The notes below the pieces were generated by a model. The model saw only the letters and a list, made by a program, of their open reading frames with translations. It was not told the DNA's origin and ran no database searches. A stretch of 64,000 bases of DNA from assembly GCA_030041545.1 (NCBI GenBank), contig JASHNQ010000059.1:16222-80221 (forward strand). The letters are read 5' to 3'. A program made the position numbers and the translations under genes. The stretch comes from a candidate division FCPU426 bacterium (GTDB lineage: Bacteria > Oederibacteriota > Muellerivitia > Muellerivitales > Muellerivitaceae). Positions 30,101 to 37,685 of this stretch are shown in pieces (within the stretch, counting starts at the first letter, position 1; each line of letters opens with the position of its first letter).

Positions 30101-30454
30101 GGTGATGTTGGTTTCCTCGAACTCCAGGGGGGTGGCGTAAACGAACAAGGGGATCCGGGTCTTGGGCACATAGTCGAAGGCCTGGCAGGTCCCCACGAAG
30201 GCCCTTTCGGCCATGTCGGCGGCGGCCTCGGCCAGCGCTTGGCAGTGGTCGTAATAATAAACGTCGAAGTGCTCCGTCTCGATGCATTTCCAATGGTGGT
30301 CGGTGTGGTAACGGACCTTGTTTTGACCGAAATCCAGGCCCCAGCAAGGGGAAAAAGGGATTACAAAGGCGAGGGTCAGGAAAAGGGCGGCTGCGGGGTT
30401 CAGGCGCCGGCTTTTCCCGGGCGGACCGTCAATTCGGGCGCTGGGGTCCCACAA
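27161..30454 (-). CDS. multidomain outer-membrane protein: HExxH peptidase-like domain + PD40/TolB-like propeller + FN3-like + C-terminal Omp85/BamA-type beta-barrel
   Basis: VIHHELTHAFQYD HExxH motif. SPDGKTLAL and WSPDGKTLAF repeats. YRVYRAAAAGATFTYLG FN3-like segment. C-terminal barrel with GFMDAGIV and LGTGIRFY motifs, ending ...LAPMF. Confidence 0.7.
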   Translation of the reverse strand: MWDPSARIDGPPGKSRRLNPAAALFLTLAFVIPFSPCWGLDFGQNKVRYHTDHHWKCIETEHFDVYYYDHCQALAEAAADMAERAFVGTCQAFDYVPKTRIPLFVYATPLEFEETNITPEILSEGVGGFTEVFKNRIVVPMDGSYHEFEKVIHHELTHAFQYDLIYGEGWRSVNLLRPVFVPTWMMEGMAEWNAQHLDAQGEMVLRDAVLNDLVMPLSLMESFDHFPQVYTAYKESQSVLDYVTQVYGNGKVVQLFKHMAANQSPDTATKAVLGVSLDQLYNNWHFFMRTQAWSRINGLPAPEKYGDALEKGTPTSALKGALSPDGKTLALLKGRELSLLRLADKNKTVLLNRHFQTEGSGVAWSPDGKTLAFAADRNGEYRLCLYRIDNRQLRECPLQGLPVIASPGWSPDQKFIVFSGFDYETTDLYRYEVATGKVERLTHDRDYKSWAQYGPDGKSLYFINEEAGRQEILRSALNDQGIPTGGPQAVGRNLGTLTSLTARSGHLTFTSDLSRRIFNVFQTDLDGGHLTQLTNTFADVVSALPDPEGKKLYAVCYQKGMESLYAFDGANLEGQEWPNSVFETMTQEFSYISNSFQDASKVIAVHPVTETVQEVELPPNPAEREEPEIVVEKKTPTHAPAAVASLAVAEESNIVELQWPTTGATEDSVDSYRVYRAAAAGATFTYLGTAPSLRRGLYIDYDVRIGGAYFYYVTAVNKLGESPPSPTVEARPSFKVAAKDYQFSLTPDLLLFLAGYDSAFGFVGGGLVEMSDELGDHRLGIEGDTVPGVDTGVDASYEFSQWRTTVDLNFFYYQNYYNLYNPQTGLLTTAYHFNANGFTLNFSYPIDTYTRVEYGVGTERFLGSPLYLQFSEGISNYNLNQQWTVANFYRLSFVQDRRQGTQFWPSSGYGLNFTLLHALPVFDYNASFANLLFETDVFADFSFLNHLVWANRVIAMTSQGPNPQTFFIGDDDVANTLLGGYFTTIRGYNGATFFGSDLGLVNSELRYPIATNMNFIPQPLSFLLIKDVELAGFMDAGIVSNEVQDLPYSPVLASLGTGIRFYTFFDQRALVMFRFDVAWALTQSSPPEFDFNLAPMF

Positions 30455-30525
30455 AGGGTTCTCTCCGAAAACGTAAAATGAAGCGGGGGGACTTCCGCAT
30501 CCATGGGTTTACCGGGTTCCGCCCG

Positions 30526-32460
30526 TCAGCGCAAGGCCGCCACCCAAATCCCATGTCCCAACGAAGGGTACCACAAACCTTCGCCGGCGATAAAGGCCAC
30601 CTTTACCCCGTCGGAAGCCATGGCCGGCGACCCCGTTGAAAATTGCGGCGGGAGCAGGTACTGGCAGGTTCCAAGGTTCGCGTCCAGAAGCCTGGACGTG
30701 GTGACGGTGCTGAAGAAACCAAAGTCCCAGCCGGGGTGAACTTCCTCGAAGAGGATTTGTTGAGCGTTCGGGTTCCACACCAGGTCCCGGACCCCGGCGT
30801 TAGTCTGGAAAATAGGGACCCGCTTGGTTCCGTCGGCCAGCACCAGCCAAAGGGTGCTTTTTTTGCCGTCCTGTTCGAGGTAAAGGTAGCGGAACCCGTC
30901 TGGCGCTGGAATGACTTCCCCCACCTTCCCTACGGCGGAGAACTTATTCCCCAGGTCCCTTTCCGCCTCGGACATCAGGGGTTCCTTGAATCCGGATTTC
31001 ACGTCCACGACGTAAAACAAGCCGTGGATCCCGTCGGCGTAAGCCACTTCCTGCTCCGGGTAAACCCCCGATGGATTGTAGGGTGGGTTCAAGGGCCTCA
31101 CCCAGGACGGGGTATGGATGGGGTTTTCGGAGGTCATGAGCACCTTCGACTTACCGGTGGCCAAGGTGAGCGCGTTCAGAAAGTACCTTTCGCCCGGATG
31201 AGTCACATAGAGGAACTGTCCGCGGGTTTTAGACCATGGCACGCCGTCCTCAATGGGTTCAATCTCCTGCCTCAGGAGCGTAGCCTTGCCCGTGGCAGTG
31301 TTCACCTTCCAAAGCCCCCGCCCGCCGTTTCGGGACAGGTCAGCCAGCACCAGGCTTCCGTTTTCAATGAACAGAGGCCGAAAAGCCTCCTCCCCGGCTT
31401 GGACTTTAAGAAGGGTCGTGGACACGGGCGACGAAGCGGCTGGATTCAGGAGGTATTGGCGGGAAAGCAGGGCGGTCAGGATCGCCAGGCTCCATTCCCC
31501 TTTTTCGTTTTGGGCAAAGGCGATTTCGTCTTTCAGGTGATCCGCCTCGGCGAAATAATCGAGGTTCTGGACCTCACCTGGAAGCTTCTCAGTGGCCAGT
31601 TTCAAATCCACCAGGTCGGCGGTGGGATAGCCGAAAGGAAGGGCATAATAGGTGATGTGGCCCAGCATGAAAACCGAAACGGCCAGCATAAGTTTGTGGG
31701 GCCAAAACCCTTTCTGCTCGACTCCCTTGATGCGGATGAGGACGGCCGCCAAAAGAGCGAAGATGGCCAAAAGCCCCACTAGCAGCGCAGGAAAAACCCA
31801 TTGGGGCACGGACCAAAGGAAAAAGGCGAAAAACGAGAGAAACAAGGTCACAATTGCCATCCGCAGCCGCGCAATGGCGGGAAGGCGGTTCACGGAGTGC
31901 GCGATGATGTACCACAAAGCGTAAAGGAAGCCCAGGAAAAGGATCCAAACCATCGCCATCAGGTTTTCAACCGGTGGAAATCCCCCCAGGCTCACGGGGA
32001 GGGCATAGAGGAAGCAAGCTATTTCAAACAAGAAGACCTGGAATCCCACCAGTGGGATTTTCCAGGCGTGTGGGAAACGCCGGTTCTTGCGGTAGTCGGC
32101 GATCAGCCCGCTCACGGCCATACTACGGGCCCAACCTAGGAAAAATAAGCCCACCCCGACGGGGAAATAAGGCGGGTGCGGAAAAATCATCTCCAGGGGG
32201 GGTTTTAAGGCTCCAGGGAGAAGTTGGGGGTACTTGCGGATCAGGATTCCAATCAGAACCAGCCCAAGGCCCAAAAGCAGGAAAAAGGTTGAGGTAAAAA
32301 GCCGGGCAAATCTCGCCAGGAAACGTCTGGCCGCACTACGGAAAGCGGACGCGGCAAGCGGTGCTGCGGGGGGTGCGGGTGGAGCCGCAGCCGGGGCCGG
32401 CGGTGGAGCCGCAGGTGCGTTGGACGGATTCGCTGTTTCGGCCACGATGCCCTCCATCAA
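30526..32460 (-). CDS. polytopic membrane protein with Ala/Pro-rich N-terminus and a C-terminal beta-propeller-like periplasmic domain
   Basis: APAAPPPAPAAAPPAPPAAP low-complexity start, about 8 TM helices, then about 330 aa of beta-rich repeats. Confidence 0.55.
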   Translation of the reverse strand: MMEGIVAETANPSNAPAAPPPAPAAAPPAPPAAPLAASAFRSAARRFLARFARLFTSTFFLLLGLGLVLIGILIRKYPQLLPGALKPPLEMIFPHPPYFPVGVGLFFLGWARSMAVSGLIADYRKNRRFPHAWKIPLVGFQVFLFEIACFLYALPVSLGGFPPVENLMAMVWILFLGFLYALWYIIAHSVNRLPAIARLRMAIVTLFLSFFAFFLWSVPQWVFPALLVGLLAIFALLAAVLIRIKGVEQKGFWPHKLMLAVSVFMLGHITYYALPFGYPTADLVDLKLATEKLPGEVQNLDYFAEADHLKDEIAFAQNEKGEWSLAILTALLSRQYLLNPAASSPVSTTLLKVQAGEEAFRPLFIENGSLVLADLSRNGGRGLWKVNTATGKATLLRQEIEPIEDGVPWSKTRGQFLYVTHPGERYFLNALTLATGKSKVLMTSENPIHTPSWVRPLNPPYNPSGVYPEQEVAYADGIHGLFYVVDVKSGFKEPLMSEAERDLGNKFSAVGKVGEVIPAPDGFRYLYLEQDGKKSTLWLVLADGTKRVPIFQTNAGVRDLVWNPNAQQILFEEVHPGWDFGFFSTVTTSRLLDANLGTCQYLLPPQFSTGSPAMASDGVKVAFIAGEGLWYPSLGHGIWVAALR

Positions 32461-32463
32461 AAA

Positions 32464-32546
32464 AGTTTTGAGTTGATGAGAATTTTCATCCGTGAAACGG
32501 ATGAAAATTTCCCAAACTCATAACTCAGCACTCTGAACTCAAAACT
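32464..32546. repeat. intergenic hairpin repeat element (family copy 1)
   Basis: AGTTTTGAGTT...central perfect palindrome AATTTTCATCCG-TGAAA-CGGATGAAAATT...ATAACTCAGCACTCTGAACTCAAAACT. Shares the ATAACTCA/CTGAACTCAAAACT core with copies 2 and 3. Confidence 0.5.
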
Positions 32547-32550
32547 GACG

Positions 32551-33540
32551 TCAAAAGGCCCTGTATTCCAACAAACAGCCGTTTTGGAACATCGATTTCA
32601 GGGTGGAAAAAGGCGTCATATTCTTCAGGAATTCCTCGACGGGAGAGGGCCGGTCCAAACGCACCGTCGGTTCCCCCTTGATTCCGGCCAAGTCGGCGGT
32701 CAATTGCACGGCGTCCTCATAGTCCCCCAGTTGGTCCACCAAGCCCAATTCATAGGCCTTTTGACCGGTTAAAACCCGACCATCCGCGTAGGGCAAAAGG
32801 TAGCTGCGTATCTCCAAATCCGTGACGGCCGAAGCCTTCTTGCCCAGGGTTTTGGAAAGTTTCTGCTGGAGCACCTTACGGCGGCCGTCAATCACGGCAT
32901 TCAAGAACTGGTTGAAAACCTCATTAATGGTGCCCTGGATATAGGCCTTTTCCTGGGGGGTCATGGGCCGGCTGATGGAACCGGTGTCCTTGAATTTGCC
33001 GCTTTTAACCACCTGATAATCCACTCCTATCTTCTTAAGGAGGCCGGCGGCTTCGGGAAGCTCGAAAATGACCCCGATGGAACCCGTCAAGGTGCCCGGG
33101 TTGGCCACGATTTTGTTGCAGGCGGAGGCGATGTAATAAGCGCCCGAGGCAGCCAGGCTGCCCATGCTGGCCACCACGATCTTCTTGTCTTCCCGGGCTT
33201 TCAAAATTTCAGAATAAACCTCCTGGGAAGGGGCCACCACCCCGCCCGGACTGTCGATGCGCAACAGCAGGGCCTTTTTGGACCCGGTACGGAACCGCTT
33301 GATGAGCCGCACCAAGTCGTCGCTTTCGTAGATCGGGCCTTGGATTTCCACCAGGCTGATCTCGTTGCCGTCGGAAATCAGGGATGTGGCGCCCGTGCCG
33401 GTCAAGGCGTGCTGGACCGCGAAAACCACCACGACCAGGCTCAAGAAAAGCAGGCCCACGAGGATGACCATGGCCCAAAGAAGGGCATGGTTTCGGGACG
33501 TGGCCGGTGAGGGGGTTGGGGATACGGTAGAAGTCGCCAT
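32551..33540 (-). CDS. sppA: signal peptide peptidase SppA (S49, 36K type)
   Basis: S49 motifs SPGGVVAPSQEVY and GSLAASGAYYIASAC (Ser nucleophile). Internal Met 33540 chosen as start. Confidence 0.8.
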   Translation of the reverse strand: MATSTVSPTPSPATSRNHALLWAMVILVGLLFLSLVVVVFAVQHALTGTGATSLISDGNEISLVEIQGPIYESDDLVRLIKRFRTGSKKALLLRIDSPGGVVAPSQEVYSEILKAREDKKIVVASMGSLAASGAYYIASACNKIVANPGTLTGSIGVIFELPEAAGLLKKIGVDYQVVKSGKFKDTGSISRPMTPQEKAYIQGTINEVFNQFLNAVIDGRRKVLQQKLSKTLGKKASAVTDLEIRSYLLPYADGRVLTGQKAYELGLVDQLGDYEDAVQLTADLAGIKGEPTVRLDRPSPVEEFLKNMTPFSTLKSMFQNGCLLEYRAF

Positions 33541-33644
33541 AAGGAGGCTATGGTAACAGACCCCTAAAACCGATGCAACACGCCAATCGGGATGATAGAG
33601 GCTCATCGCAGCTTTGAGTCGCCGCGCCGCTTGCCCCTGGGGCG

Positions 33645-35030
33645 CTACGGCCCACTGCGCATTAAAACCATCTTCCTTAAGAATCGGCCATCCTTGGACA
33701 AAACGGCGGAATAAAGTCCAGGCGGCGCTTCCAGGCCCAGGCCTTCCAGCCCATCCCATGAAGCCCAGGCTTCCTTTTCCGTCGTGATTTTTTTATCGAA
33801 AACCGTTTGTATCAACTGGCCGTGGTTGTCCCAAATGCAGAGTTGGTACTCCCCTACCCCGTCCCGGAAGCCCATATAAATGTTGATGGGAAAAACACTG
33901 AAGACCAACGTTGAGGGAGCCCCCGCGGAAATGGGAATATTTTGGGCTGGAGAAGGACCGCCCACCGACAGGAAACTTCCACCGGTCGGTGTCAAAGAGG
34001 GCAAGGGTAGGGTGGGAAAGGCCGTGGGAATGGGCTTGCCCTTCCCCACCGGGGTTTGGCCGGAAAGCGCCGGCAAGGCCGCTTCCGTGCAGGGGCATCC
34101 ACCCTCCCCCAGCCATTGGGCCACGGCGGGGAAAAAGGCCCGGGTCACCTCCTTGGCCTCCCGCACGTGCTGGGCCAGGGAGGCGGTGGAGCGGATGTTT
34201 CCGGGCGCCCAGGCCGAATCGTCCCAAATGGGGGGGGGGTTCTCCGCCCCGCCGTACATCCCCGGCTGCCAAAGGGTCCACATGGTGGCATCCCAAACCA
34301 TGAAAAACCTGCCTCGGCCGCACAAACCGCTCGTCACGGCCCCGCCCAATTGGTTGCCCGACCAGCCGGAAACCATGGACCGGTCCGCTTGGTCGCTGAC
34401 CCAATCCTCCGATGTGTCCACGAAGTTGGTTCCTGTTAAATAGTCCAGCGGGATTCCTCCCACCATATTTCCATAAAATCGGCGGGGGCCCAGGCCGTTC
34501 CGGACCTTGTAAAAACCCTCGCCGGTGGTGCTGCTGTTGCCCCGGGGCGATGGCGGACAGGGATCATATCCCGGCTTGACCGCGTGGATTTCTTGGAGGA
34601 AGGCATAGACCCCCTCATCCCGGTCCGCGTAGGGGAAATATTCCGCGGCCAGGAAAAGTTTGCCGCAATGGTTGAGGAAGGAAACGGCCTTGGACCGCCA
34701 GCGGCCGTCGAAGTAATCCGCGGCCTGGGGCTGGCCGCTGCCGCACTCCCTGGAATCCCGGTCCACGAACCGCATATCCCATACCTGGTCGTAGGGGGCG
34801 CCCCAATCGTCGCTGCGCGGGTCGCGGTTCTTCCCGTCCACGTCCACGGTGGTCACGCGGTGGCCGGCGTTCTGGAGGATGGTCACGCATTCCAAAAGCG
34901 CGCCATTGGTGCCGTCGCCGCTATTGTAGTAAAAAAGGATGTTGTAGGCATGGGCCGTTAAAGGCCGGATAAAAAGGGATGAGGTCAAAAAGGTAAAAAG
35001 GAAAAAAAGGAATCGTGGCGGGAATTTCAT
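33645..35030 (-). CDS. secreted protein with a C-terminal FlgD-Ig/T9SS-like sorting domain
   Basis: Signal peptide MKFPPRFLFFLFTFLTSSLF. C-terminal block PINIYMGFRDGVGEYQLCIWDNHGQLIQTV...GLYSAVLSKDGRFLRKMVLMR. Confidence 0.5.
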   Translation of the reverse strand: MKFPPRFLFFLFTFLTSSLFIRPLTAHAYNILFYYNSGDGTNGALLECVTILQNAGHRVTTVDVDGKNRDPRSDDWGAPYDQVWDMRFVDRDSRECGSGQPQAADYFDGRWRSKAVSFLNHCGKLFLAAEYFPYADRDEGVYAFLQEIHAVKPGYDPCPPSPRGNSSTTGEGFYKVRNGLGPRRFYGNMVGGIPLDYLTGTNFVDTSEDWVSDQADRSMVSGWSGNQLGGAVTSGLCGRGRFFMVWDATMWTLWQPGMYGGAENPPPIWDDSAWAPGNIRSTASLAQHVREAKEVTRAFFPAVAQWLGEGGCPCTEAALPALSGQTPVGKGKPIPTAFPTLPLPSLTPTGGSFLSVGGPSPAQNIPISAGAPSTLVFSVFPINIYMGFRDGVGEYQLCIWDNHGQLIQTVFDKKITTEKEAWASWDGLEGLGLEAPPGLYSAVLSKDGRFLRKMVLMRSGP

Positions 35031-35109
35031 GACCAAGTCCACAGTTGTCCATTTGCAGTTGAGGGGCGTTTTTGGCTGCCGACTGTGGACTGTTAGCTGG
35101 CGACTGCCT

Positions 35110-35991
35110 TTAGTGGTAGTAATCGCCCTTGTCCACGAATTGGGATTTGGAGGCATCCCACTGGTAAACCGTGGTCATGCGCCGGAAGGGCCCGGCGAAG
35201 TCGTTGTCCGTCAGCTGGTAGCGTTCCTGGGCCTGCGTCTTCAAATCCGGCGGGTAAAGGACGTCGGTGGTGTTGATGATCTCCAGGGTGCCGTCGTGGT
35301 TCAGGTCCCGGTAAAGGGTGTAGCCCTCCAGCCACACGTTCAGCTCGAGTTCTTCCTTCACGTATTTTTGCACGTCCACCAGTTCGGGACGGTTGTAAAG
35401 CTCGTCCGGAACGCCCTGGAGGGCGTCGGTGACCAGCCGGTAAAAGGTCCTATCACAGCGGCTTCCCCCGCCGTAAGTGCCCACCTCGAAGAAAACGGGC
35501 ATTTCCTTGCCCAGGCTGACCAGGCGGGCGCAGCCGGGGTAACCTTGCCCGTGGAAGAGGTGCCGCCATTCCAGCCCGATTTTGATGTAGATCTCCGAGC
35601 TGCAGTGCCGGATGTCCCATTCGTCGGCGTAATCGGCCGTCAGGAAGGATTGTCCTTCGGCCTTGGAGTACCCCAGGAAGACCAGGGGAACCTCCGCTCC
35701 GTTGGCAGTGAGGGCCGTCAAGGGAATGCCGAACCTTGGGGCCAGCCCCGGGAGCAGCCGCCGCATGGCCACCAGGCGCCGGTGCCGCGAGGCGATGAAG
35801 TACACGTGAGGCTTGACCCGGATACCCCGGATGGCGCTTTGGAGGGATGGGTCCAGTTTGGCGTTGTGCCGGTCCACCCAAACCTGCGACATTTCCAAAC
35901 GGTCCATGGTCTCGTTTTCCGAAATCGCCCGCAAACCTCCGGGGAAAAACGCGCAGGCCAAGAGGATCGATAGGATGAGGGTTCTTTTCAT
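35110..35991 (-). CDS. hypothetical secreted protein
   Basis: Signal peptide MKRTLILSILLACAFFPGGLRA. No motif. Confidence 0.45.
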   Translation of the reverse strand: MKRTLILSILLACAFFPGGLRAISENETMDRLEMSQVWVDRHNAKLDPSLQSAIRGIRVKPHVYFIASRHRRLVAMRRLLPGLAPRFGIPLTALTANGAEVPLVFLGYSKAEGQSFLTADYADEWDIRHCSSEIYIKIGLEWRHLFHGQGYPGCARLVSLGKEMPVFFEVGTYGGGSRCDRTFYRLVTDALQGVPDELYNRPELVDVQKYVKEELELNVWLEGYTLYRDLNHDGTLEIINTTDVLYPPDLKTQAQERYQLTDNDFAGPFRRMTTVYQWDASKSQFVDKGDYYH

Positions 35992-35999
35992 GGACTCCT

Positions 36000-36217
36000 C
36001 CCAAAATTGTTTGAGGGACAATTATAAATGTAAAATGAACAAATAACGAAAAATAGTGAAATGGTTTTTGATGATTTTTCAGTACTGAAAATCTACAAAA
36101 ATGCCAATAAAGAGAATGTCCCTTTTTCAAAAGAACTTCCGGACGTCGTCTTAAACAATGTTACAATATGACTGTACTTATTAATAACTACATACAATTT
36201 ATAACATAGGCAAAGAC
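36000..36217 (+). promoter_or_regulatory. AT-rich leader/promoter region upstream of abiEi (left edge of the island)
   Basis: Sharp GC drop relative to both flanks. Direct TACAAT-containing repeats GTTACAATATGA and ATACAATTTATAA upstream of ATG 36218. Confidence 0.35.
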
Positions 36218-36820
36218 ATGAAAACAGCACCTAAAATCTCTATCCCCAAAACCCTTTTCCAAAAGGGCGTCCTGCGTCCCCGCGACATCCTCCAACAAGG
36301 GATCAGCCGGATGCGCCTGAAAAGGCTGGTGGACCAAGGCGTCCTAGTGCGTGAGGCGCGGGGGGTATACCGCGTTCCCGGCCATGAACCTTCCGAAAAG
36401 GAAAGCCTCGTCCAGGCCTGCGAAAGAGTGCCGGGCGGCATTCTTTGCCTGCTGACGGCGCTCCAATTCCATGGCATGACAACCCAATTCCCCCATGAAA
36501 TCTGGATGGCGATTGACGTGTGGGCCCGCAAGCCCCATGCGGAACATCTTCCCATCCGTTTTGTCCGTGCTTCCGGCAAATCCCTCGCTTCCGAGGTGGA
36601 GGAACACACCGTCCAAGGCGGGCGCATCCGGGTTTATAGCGCGGCGAAAACAGTTGCCGATTGCTTCAAGTACCGGAACAAGATCGGCCTGGACGTGGCG
36701 CTGGAAGCCCTGAAAGCCTTCCAAACCGGCCACAAAGGAAAGATGGATGATCTTTGGAGGAGCGCCCGCGTTTGCCGCGTGTCAAATATCATCCGGCCTT
36801 ATTTGGAGGCCCTGGCTTGA
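36218..36820 (+). CDS. abiEi: AbiEi family antitoxin (type IV TA / abortive infection)
   Basis: N-terminal wHTH region (GISRMRLKRLVDQGVLVREARGVYRV) and C-terminal conserved domain typical of AbiEi_4. Confidence 0.8.
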   Translation: MKTAPKISIPKTLFQKGVLRPRDILQQGISRMRLKRLVDQGVLVREARGVYRVPGHEPSEKESLVQACERVPGGILCLLTALQFHGMTTQFPHEIWMAIDVWARKPHAEHLPIRFVRASGKSLASEVEEHTVQGGRIRVYSAAKTVADCFKYRNKIGLDVALEALKAFQTGHKGKMDDLWRSARVCRVSNIIRPYLEALA

Positions 36821-37685
36821 AGAAAAAAAAAAGATCAAAAACCTCCCAGCTTCTGTGCGTCAGCGGCTCTATAACATCTCCAAAACTCGCAAGGAGGAAT
36901 TCGAATATGTCCTCACACGGTACGCCCTGGAAAGGTTCCTTTACCGCCTGGGCCGGTCAGTCCACCAAAAGAGGTTCGTTTTGAAAGGGGCCATGCTTTT
37001 CCAAGCCTGGTCACCCGAGATCCACCGTATGACCAGGGATTTGGACCTCCTGGATTCCAACAACCATGAAGCCCAAAAGGTCGTCCATGCTATCCGGGAA
37101 GTGTTGAATTCAAAAGTCCCAGATGACGGATTGGTTTTCAACGGTAAGTCGATTAAGTGGGGAGCCATCCGGCAGGGGCAAGCCTATCATGGGGTCCGCC
37201 TTCACTTTAAGGCCAAATTGACCCCGGCGGTCATCCCCCTCCAAGTAGATGTGGGTTTCGGCGACGCGATTGTGCCAAAGCCCAAGCGCATCCGTTACCC
37301 GACCCTTTTGGGTTTCCCATCCCCACATGTCCTGGCTTATGCCAAAGAAACCGTGGTCGCGGAAAAGCTCCATGCCATCGTGCTACTGGGCATGACGAAC
37401 AGCCGCTTGAAGGATTACTTCGACCTGTCGGTGCTCCTGAAAGGCGAAACCCTCGACGCCGACATGCTGGCCCAAGCGATTAAGGCAACGTTCAAGCGCC
37501 GCAGCATGCCCGTTCCCGCCGAACTGCCGATCGGTCTCACGGACGAATTCTCGCACGATCCATCGCAACAGGCGCTATGGCGTGCGTTCGTCAAGAGGAA
37601 CGGACTCGACCTCGAACCTTTGGCCGCCGTCGTGGAGCGACTGCGGACGGCCTTGGGACCGGCATTGAGCCGGGCCGGTCTATGA
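36747..37685 (+). CDS. abiEii: nucleotidyltransferase AbiEii/AbiGii toxin family protein
   Basis: NLPASVRQRLYN...YALERFLYRL N-terminal signature. DLD(L)LD NTase-like motif. First ATG overlaps abiEi by 74 nt; the true start may be a non-ATG codon nearer 36820. Confidence 0.8.
   Translation: MIFGGAPAFAACQISSGLIWRPWLEEKKKIKNLPASVRQRLYNISKTRKEEFEYVLTRYALERFLYRLGRSVHQKRFVLKGAMLFQAWSPEIHRMTRDLDLLDSNNHEAQKVVHAIREVLNSKVPDDGLVFNGKSIKWGAIRQGQAYHGVRLHFKAKLTPAVIPLQVDVGFGDAIVPKPKRIRYPTLLGFPSPHVLAYAKETVVAEKLHAIVLLGMTNSRLKDYFDLSVLLKGETLDADMLAQAIKATFKRRSMPVPAELPIGLTDEFSHDPSQQALWRAFVKRNGLDLEPLAAVVERLRTALGPALSRAGL

Noticed and set aside
34615-35973. Several plus-strand ORFs (125-314 aa)
   Set aside because: Antisense to the two secreted-protein genes on the minus strand, which have signal peptides and coherent domain structure.
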